A stretch of DNA of 64,000 nucleotides from Octopus vulgaris (Eukaryota). How positions within the stretch are numbered: the first letter of the stretch is position 1; each line of letters starts with the position of its first letter. Positions 54,946 to 64,000 of this stretch are shown in pieces. The stretch is taken from the NCBI GenBank assembly GCA_951406725.2, contig OX597815.1:20770001-20834000 (forward strand). The letters run 5' to 3'. Below the pieces are notes generated by a model. It had not been told where the DNA came from and did no database searches. It saw only the letters and a list, made by a program, of their open reading frames with translations. The position numbers and the translations under genes are program-made.

Positions 54946-55268
54946 TGTGTGTGTGTAAAGATAGAGTTACTTAGGTTATATAACAAACATTATGTGCGTT
55001 GAGTGATGAAAGTAAAAAGATAAAGTACATTATACAAGCGACATCATAGAAATGCATTTATCATCCACATTTTTAGTTTTGACTTTGCAGCATCCTCTGT
55101 AAATTGCGCCAATGTAATACGCACCACATATTATCAAAGTTGTTTACACAAACGTACGACACATACTGACTTACCCTAATAACTATATATATACGTATAC
55201 GCACTCATCTACAAATGGGCTCATGTGTGTGTATATGTGCGAGCGTGTGCTAATACACACACACACCT

Positions 55269-55302
<34 letters not shown>

Positions 55303-55402
55303 GGTGCCCCAGCATGGCCGCGGCCTTCGGGCTAAAACATTTTAAAGGATTTTTTAAGGATTTATATATATATATATATATACATACACACACAAAAAAA
55401 TC

Positions 55403-55610
55403 TATAATTATAATTAGGGTTCACCACATACCGAAATTTAGAAATAGCAGTTAAAATTCTATTCTTCTACCATAAGATATCTCCCAGACAGCAATCTATC
55501 AACTTACTGTCTGGGAGATATCTTATGGTAGTAAAATAGTAGCTTAACTGCTATTTCTAAATTTCGGTATGTGGTGAAGCAAATTTTGCTGAACCCTAAT
55601 TATAATTATA
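55403..55610. repeat. Foldback inverted repeat (~90-bp arms)
   Basis: TATAATTATAATTAGGGTTCACCACATACCGAAATTTAGAAATAGCAGTTAA...CCATAAGATATCTCCCAGACAG mirrored downstream. Confidence 0.88.
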
Positions 55611-55715
55611 CTCATAATTATAGAATGTTTGTATAAGTTTACCGATAATGGTTCTTTTAACATACTGAACTACTTGATAAAACTATTAATTATGAATTGA
55701 TTAATTAATTTTACC

Positions 55716-55769
<54 letters not shown>

Positions 55770-55826
55770 TATTATTATTACTATTATTATTATTAGTAGT
55801 AGTAGTAGTAGTTGTAGTAGTAGGAT

Positions 55827-55876
<50 letters not shown>

Positions 55877-56011
55877 TATGATATAAATACTTATATAAAA
55901 ATATAAACATATAAATGTATGATAGATATATTTTTTATTTATAATATATTTATATGCACCTATATATATATATACATCTCTCACTCTCACTCTCTCTATC
56001 TATCTATCTAT

Positions 56012-56049
<38 letters not shown>

Positions 56050-56515
56050 TATATTTATACATACATCTACACACACACTAACAAGCACACATATGTATGA
56101 TTATTAATATATCTGAATATACATCTACGTACAGATATACAGTTAGGGTGTGCCATATGTCATGAACACGTTTGAAAGGTTAATAAATTTCTTACATTTA
56201 TATCTTTCTTTAAATATTTTATGAAGAAGATCTAAAAATGGTAACCATGGGAAAATCCACACCACAACACCGAACACAAATTTGAAAAAAACAAATTGAA
56301 TAACCAAAATACATTTACTTTAGTGTCAAAGCCCGTCGTGACATTTGACCCACACTTCAAATATATATGTGAATGTATTTACATACGTATACATACATAC
56401 ACACAGAGACACACACACATACATATATGTGTGCATGTATTTGTGAGTGTGTATATATATATACGAGTCAAGGTAAAAAGAAGTGGTAATCGAATACCGA
56501 AGATAGAGTAATATG

Positions 56516-56690
56516 CTTTTTTATTAATACTAATAGAACATCACAAAGGAAAAATAGAACTGCTACTCAGAGTTTGGCGTTCCCGTTCGTCCGACATGTG
56601 TGATCAACTGCCCGATGAACAGGAGCGTCAAACTCTGTGTAGCAGTTTCTTTATTTTGTGATCCTTTTGCAGTTTTAATAATAATAAAAA
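56516..56690. repeat. Imperfect inverted repeat with hammerhead-like arms
   Basis: CTGCTACTCAGAGTTTGGCGTTCCCGTTCGTC versus GATGAACAGGAGCGTCAAACTCTGTGTAGCAG. Confidence 0.75.
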
Positions 56691-56792
56691 AGTGTGTGCA
56701 TATATTTCGTTTTTGGATTTGGTTTGCAAGATATACTTTATGTGAGTTCGTGTGTTGAAGCATATTCTGTTGTGTTTGGGGAGAGTCATATA

Positions 56793-56876
<84 letters not shown>

Positions 56877-56976
56877 CTTGTATATATATATATTTATATA
56901 TGATTGATTGATTGATTCTAGTTTCAGCTTATGAGCTGTGGCCATGCTGGGGCACCGCCATTTGCTGGGGCACCGC

Positions 56977-57013
<37 letters not shown>

Positions 57014-57183
57014 CTGTATGCATGTATGTATGTATGTATATATGTATGTATGTGTGTGTGTATGTATATATACACACATATGGCATTATGATGGACATGG
57101 CTGCACAAAAGAGAGACACGCAAATTTACTAGAATTTGAGAGAAAACAAACAAGAGTTCATATACATATGCATATATATATAC

Positions 57184-57248
<65 letters not shown>

Positions 57249-57898
57249 TATATACATACATACATACCTATATATGTATATGTGCATATATATGTGTGCG
57301 TGTATGTGTGTATAAGTGTGTGTGAACATGTGTGTGTGTGTACATATATTTCCATATATCCATATGCACACATATATATGAGTGCGTGTGTGTGTGTGTG
57401 TGTATCTGTCTGTCTATCTATATATTTACTTATCTACCCGTATATTTGTGTGTGTTTGTGTGCGTGGGTGTGTGATAGAGAGATAGAGAGAGAGAGAGAC
57501 CTTCCCGCATAGTTTAGCTAGAGCATGTACGTTAAAGACGAAAACACTTATTATTGAAGCAGGATACACACAATCTCGTTGCCCTCCACAACGATAAAAA
57601 AGATTTGTATTAAAATCTAATTTGTAACATGCATTCATTCACACATCTTAACCATGCATTGCATGCTGTGTACTCATGCAGAAACGGAACTGATATATAC
57701 ATACATGCATTTGTGAATGTGTGTGCGTATGAATATACGTGCGTTTTGGTATGTGTTTTTGCTGTGTGTATTAGTAGTATATAACTTCTGTCAATATATG
57801 CACTAAAACACCAATGATATATATATATACATAAATACATCCACATATACAGGGGCATATACGTATGTGTGCGTGTCTGGTTATGTGTGTGTGTGTGT

Positions 57899-57940
<42 letters not shown>

Positions 57941-58086
57941 GTGTGTGTGCTTGTTTCAGTACGATTACATACATGGTTCGAGATGTATATATTATTAATA
58001 TCTCTCCTTCAGTCTTTCTGTTTCCCATTAAGAATTATACTGCAGTATAGACGAACCTATATATATATATTTATAGAAAACATACA

Positions 58087-58120
<34 letters not shown>

Positions 58121-58253
58121 CATACATATATATAATACTCATGCATACTCACGTACATACACACATATATTTACCCAGATTTGTGGTTATCTTAATTATA
58201 GCTGAATACCTAGAAGGTGATTATATCCTTAGGCAGGCACGTAAATAGATGCT

Positions 58254-58294
<41 letters not shown>

Positions 58295-58329
58295 TTAGAG
58301 ACAAAACCACTATTATGCAAATCAAACAA

Positions 58330-58405
<76 letters not shown>

Positions 58406-58621
58406 GTATGCATATATGTATATATTTACGTATATAGAGATATAAATATATGTATATATATATATATATATATATACATAAGTATACACAGGTAAAAAGA
58501 TAGATATACAGCTATGAAGGGTTTAGACGAACAAATCATACACAGTGTGCGTGTCTGCGTGTTTATGTGTCTGTGTCTCTGTATGTGTGTGCGCGTGTGT
58601 GTGTTTTTGTATGTATGTATG

Positions 58622-58661
<40 letters not shown>

Positions 58662-58693
58662 CAGATATACATATATCTATCTACCTATATATC

Positions 58694-58734
<41 letters not shown>

Positions 58735-58853
58735 ATATATCTATAAATATATATATATATATATTCAATACATATAGATGATGGATAGATAGATAGATAG
58801 ATAGATAGACATAATAAAATATACACATATAAATATATACGCATTATATATAT

Positions 58854-58999
<146 letters not shown>

Positions 59000-59113
59000 T
59001 CGGGGTGAGTACTTGATAATTATAAGCACCTGTGTATACCGTTTGGTGGTGTAGGTGGTGGAGTAAATTGATCAAAATAAATCCTTGGCATCATGTTTTT
59101 ATTTTGATCAATT

Positions 59114-59183
<70 letters not shown>

Positions 59184-59556
59184 GTAGGTATGTGTTTAGT
59201 GTTTCGGAATTTGGCAATGAAATGTATATTTGGTTAAATTTACAAATATATTACAACATCGTCCTTTATTCATTCGTCTATTTTTAAGGTTTTTTAGAAC
59301 TGGTGAAAGTTTGTCTTTAGAGACACACATATGCTCAGGTAATTACTCACCTGCATGAAGTTCTTGAACTTAGGTGTGAATGTAAGTAAGTATACGGTTT
59401 GTTTTGTAATTAACTATGTCTATAGAGTGCTAGAAAATGTAATATGCATTATATATATGATATATATTTTGATACATCACAATGAGAGATGGAAACACGT
59501 TTCATATCTACATAAATGCATCTAACAGTATATGTATATCTACATCTATATATATA

Positions 59557-59619
<63 letters not shown>

Positions 59620-59945
59620 GCATAAATACCTATATATGCTTCTATATAATTATATAATCCTATATATTCATACTTAGATATAATTATATACAGACACCCA
59701 TATGTATGTGTATAAATATTAACATATGCATATGTATATAATCATGTTTTATATGCATGTATATATGCATATATATATATATGATAGAATCAGGTACGGT
59801 TGAGTAATGCCTGTAGTTCCGGCCAATGGTTCGTTAGAGTCGAGATATCGGGTTGGAATTTTCGGTTTTGTACACAGAGAAAAACCAACCTTATTACTAT
59901 TCAGCGCCTAAGGGGCTTGTCCACATTACGCGTTACTTTATTTAC

Positions 59946-60003
<58 letters not shown>

Positions 60004-60110
60004 TTATGCATATGTATGTGTATATATATATATATATGTATATGTATATATATATACATATATGTATATGTATGTGTGTATATATATATGTGCAAGTGTA
60101 TAATAATATG

Positions 60111-60158
<48 letters not shown>

Positions 60159-60226
60159 TGCAGATAGATAGATAGACAGATAGATAGATATAGATATATA
60201 GAAAGATTTGTATACATATATATACA

Positions 60227-60270
<44 letters not shown>

Positions 60271-60592
60271 AAATTAATACAAACATAAAAACACAAAGAG
60301 AAAACACAACAATGCGAGGACGTGGAACAAGTATAGCGTTATTGGACGCTCATTGCTTTATTTTGGTACGGTCATTTTCCCAATGAGCACACGCACAGTT
60401 TTTTTTTATCTTCCCTTTAGCATTGTATTACCGCTTTCAGTTTGATTGTCTTTCGTCTCACATTTTGTCATCTCTTCAATTGTTATCCTTTCTTCATCTC
60501 TTCACTTTTCTCTGGTCCTCTCCTCTATATTCCATCTTGTGTTTCTGTGGTATGACAAATAAAGTAAAAATGATAAAATCTCAGACAGATAA

Positions 60593-60685
<93 letters not shown>

Positions 60686-60854
60686 AAGAAGAAGAAGAAG
60701 AAGAGGAAAAAGAAGAAGCTAAAGTGAAGATCCATTAAATTGTACGCGTGTTTATTGGTAAAATGACTGTCCCTAAACACAACAATATTTCTACACAGGT
60801 TTGTAAATCAAGAATCTTGCAAAACAAATGCATGAACGTAATACATACATATGC

Positions 60855-60923
<69 letters not shown>

Positions 60924-61027
60924 TATATATATATGTGTGTGTGAGTGTGTGTGTGTGTGTTTATGCGTATGTATGTATACTTACTTGTGAATGTGTGTGC
61001 AATTATACACATGCATATATACATATA

Positions 61028-61403
61028 GGCGCAGGATGGGCTGTGTGATATGTAGCTTGCTTACCAACCACATGGCTCCGAGTTCAGTCCCACTGCGTAG
61101 CACCTTGGGAAAGTGTCTTCTACTATAGTACGGGCCGGTCAAATGCTTGTGTGTGGAAACGGAAACTGAAAGAAGCCTGTCGTATATAAGTGTGTTGGTG
61201 TGTGTTTGTGTATCTGCGCCCCCCCCCTCACCTAACATCGCTTGACAACTGATGCTGGCGTGTTTACGTCCCCGTAACGTAGCGGTTCGGCATAAGAGAC
61301 CGATAGAATAACTACTAGGCTTACAAAGAATAAGATTTCCTCGACTAAAGGCGGTGCTCCAGCTTGGCTCCAGTCAAATGGCTGAAACAAAAGAATAAAG
61401 GAA
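61028..61403 (+). mobile_element. SINE family B
   Basis: GGCGCAGGATGGGCTGTGTG...GGCGGTGCTCCAGCTTGG...CTGAAAC. Confidence 0.9.
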
Positions 61404-61557
61404 TATGTATAAATATGTATGCATAAATATAGGGGGAGAATTCACAAAAAAAAAACAACAAAAGACGAAGACAGGTGGTGCGCAGTTGTACGTGCGTGCG
61501 TGCTTATGTATGTAAAACATGCATAAACGTATGTATTTACCTATGTATGTAAGTATG

Positions 61558-61588
<31 letters not shown>

Positions 61589-61782
61589 GTATGTATGTAT
61601 GTATGTATGTATGTGTGTATGTATGTGTGCGTGTGTGTATGAATTAGCTTTTGTCATAGGTACCAATGGCCATTTTGAGTGTTTTTTCTCTGATCTCATT
61701 TTCGGTTGAATCATTCAAATTACCGAAGCAATAAACGTGCTCCACTCTCATTTTTTAATACTTATATCTACAACCATGTTCG

Positions 61783-61876
<94 letters not shown>

Positions 61877-62350
61877 CGTGCGTACGGGTGTACTTGTCAC
61901 TCTATCTCGACTGCAAAAGACAGAAGAAAACACTTGTCGTGTTGATGATACCAACTGATGCGAAAACATGAAAACATCTGTCGTCTTTTTTTACCAGATA
62001 ATCAAAATTTTTAATTCCTTAATGTCATGTTACTTTTGAAAAATTCTTAATTTTTGAGATCATTCCCCTTATTTTGATTTGGTCTGACTTATCTGCGACG
62101 TGTCAATTATGTTACTATCAGTGGAAGAAGTGTTAATTTCAAAAATCAGTGAAGTATTTGATATGATATTTAATTTATATTTATTCGTGCATGTATTACA
62201 AAAAGCATTGTCCACTGTATGCTTTACACACACACTTACACACAGATACACAGACCCACACCACCACACATTCGCATATATGTGTTCATATAAATGTGTG
62301 TGTATATACGTGTATACACACATTTGCATATATATATATATATGTATATA

Positions 62351-62710
62351 GATGCAGGTGTGGCTGTGTGGTAAGTAGCTTGCTTACCAACCACATCGTT
62401 CCGGGTTCACTCCCAATGCGTGGCACCTTGGGCAAGTGCCTTCTACTGTAGCCTCGGGCCGACCAAAGCCTTCTGAGTGGATTTGGTAGACGGAAACTGA
62501 AAGAAGCCTATCGTATATATGTATACATATGTGTATATGTATGTGTGTGTATATGCTTGTGTATCTGTGTTTGTCCCCCCGACATCGCTTGACAACCGAT
62601 GCTGGTGTGTTTACATCCCCGTCCTGGGGTCGATTTGCTCGACTAAAGGTGGTGCCCCAGCATAGCCGCAGTCAAATGACTGGAACAAGTGAAAGAGAAA
62701 GAGTAAAGAG
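62351..62710 (+). mobile_element. SINE family B
   Basis: GCAGGTGTGGCTGTGTGGTAAGTAGC...GGTGCCCCAGCATAGCCGCAGTCAAATGAC. Confidence 0.9.
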
Positions 62711-62711
62711 A

Positions 62712-62920
62712 GTTAATCCAAACATGAAAGCAAAAAGAGAAAACACGACAACGTGAGGACGTGGAACAAGTATAGTGTTATTGGACGCTCAGGAAGGAAA
62801 GAAAGAAGGAGGATTTAACGTTTCGAGTGGAGCTCTTTGTCAGAAACTTAGAAAAAGGAAAGGCCCAAGGAAGGGAAGACGAAGAAAGAAAATCGCCAAC
62901 GATACACACGCGGTCACATT
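62712..62920 (-). mobile_element. Penelope-like terminal fragment with hammerhead-like motif (62815-62847)
   Basis: Minus strand GTTT-CTGACAA-A-GAG CTCCA CTC-GAAACGTT-AAAT. Confidence 0.65.
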
Positions 62921-63025
62921 TTATATATATATAAATCCTGAACTGAAAGACTTCGCCAGGTGGTGCTATTAAGTTAGACATGGCCTGGGCCAATACTGGC
63001 CAAAAGCTTTCTAAGTTATTCTAAG

Positions 63026-63151
<126 letters not shown>

Positions 63152-63152
63152 G

Positions 63153-63199
<47 letters not shown>

Positions 63200-63200
63200 G

Positions 63201-63252
<52 letters not shown>

Positions 63253-63942
63253 CACAAACATACATACACTCCCACATATGCGTGCATATGCGCACACATA
63301 TACATACATGTTTCTATGTGTTTGAGTGTCCGTATTCCTGCGTGTTTACATGTCTGCGTAATTGTGTGTGTATGTCCGCGTGTATAAAGCATTATAGGTG
63401 TTAAAACTTCAGATCGGAATTATGTCATATCCATATAAAATCGAGCAAATTGTGGTCATGCTATTAATGTGTTCTTGAATATAGAGAATTTCTAAAACAT
63501 TCTGGTGAAGCAACCAACATTCCATGTGACTCTTTACTCTCCAGTTTCTGTCTGAATACACCTGGAATATCTCTGGTCTTTGTCGCTATAACGATGAGAA
63601 ACATGATGAAACAGAATAATCAGGGAAGATCAAAGAGGCCCATAATCAATATACCACGGCTGGTTAAAACTATTCTGACCGCTAGAAGATATGATACGCA
63701 TATTGTATGCAGTATATAATACAATATTACATTACATAGAAAAACAAATTCCTTTTGATAAATAACTTGCGACTGGATGCTGCAAGATCTAAAATTTAAT
63801 GCATTAACAATGTCCGGTGCAGCTATTGTTTACTTCCTTTACTTCTAATTTTATCAATTACTTCAGGAGCCTGCTTGAAATAGCAGCTATATCTCTTCAA
63901 ATCACATCCTACTTTCAGAAAAGTAATGCAATCCTATGTAAA

Positions 63943-64000
63943 TCTATATATATAAAGCTGAAGCTGTCTGTGTGCGGCAGGTTTGGTAGCCTTAAGCTAA
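63943..64000 (+). mobile_element. Probable Helitron 5' end, running off the window
   Basis: A|TCTATATATATAAAGCTGAAGCTGTCTGTGTG resembles the 5' end of the Helitron at 28372. Confidence 0.55.

Overview
AT-rich, extremely microsatellite-dense animal genomic DNA, intronic or intergenic. The SINE and LINE families resemble cephalopod (Octopus-like) repeats; this is an inference. No complete host gene is evident. Almost all ORF-track entries are translations of simple repeats, and the real coding-like segments are decayed transposon ORFs. Mobile elements seen: two Tx1/L1-like LINE remnants, a CR1/L2-group LINE and a 3' fragment, a cluster of R4/Dong-type RLE LINE fragments in (TAA)n, a Ty3/Gypsy internal region, a full-length mariner plus fragments, MITEs, a non-autonomous Helitron, three tRNA-derived SINE families and many Penelope-like terminal fragments in (TA)n. 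The main signal is a ~3.6-copy head-to-tail array of a ~362-bp, hairpin-rich unit (26216-27510). Each unit carries, on the minus strand, a type I hammerhead ribozyme fold with the variant core UUGAAAA (U3-A8 replacing C3-G8). This is a candidate retrozyme, i.e. a circular-RNA-producing element. Several other hammerhead-like motifs, including core variants, are dispersed through the window. A few low-confidence minus-strand exon candidates are also noted.
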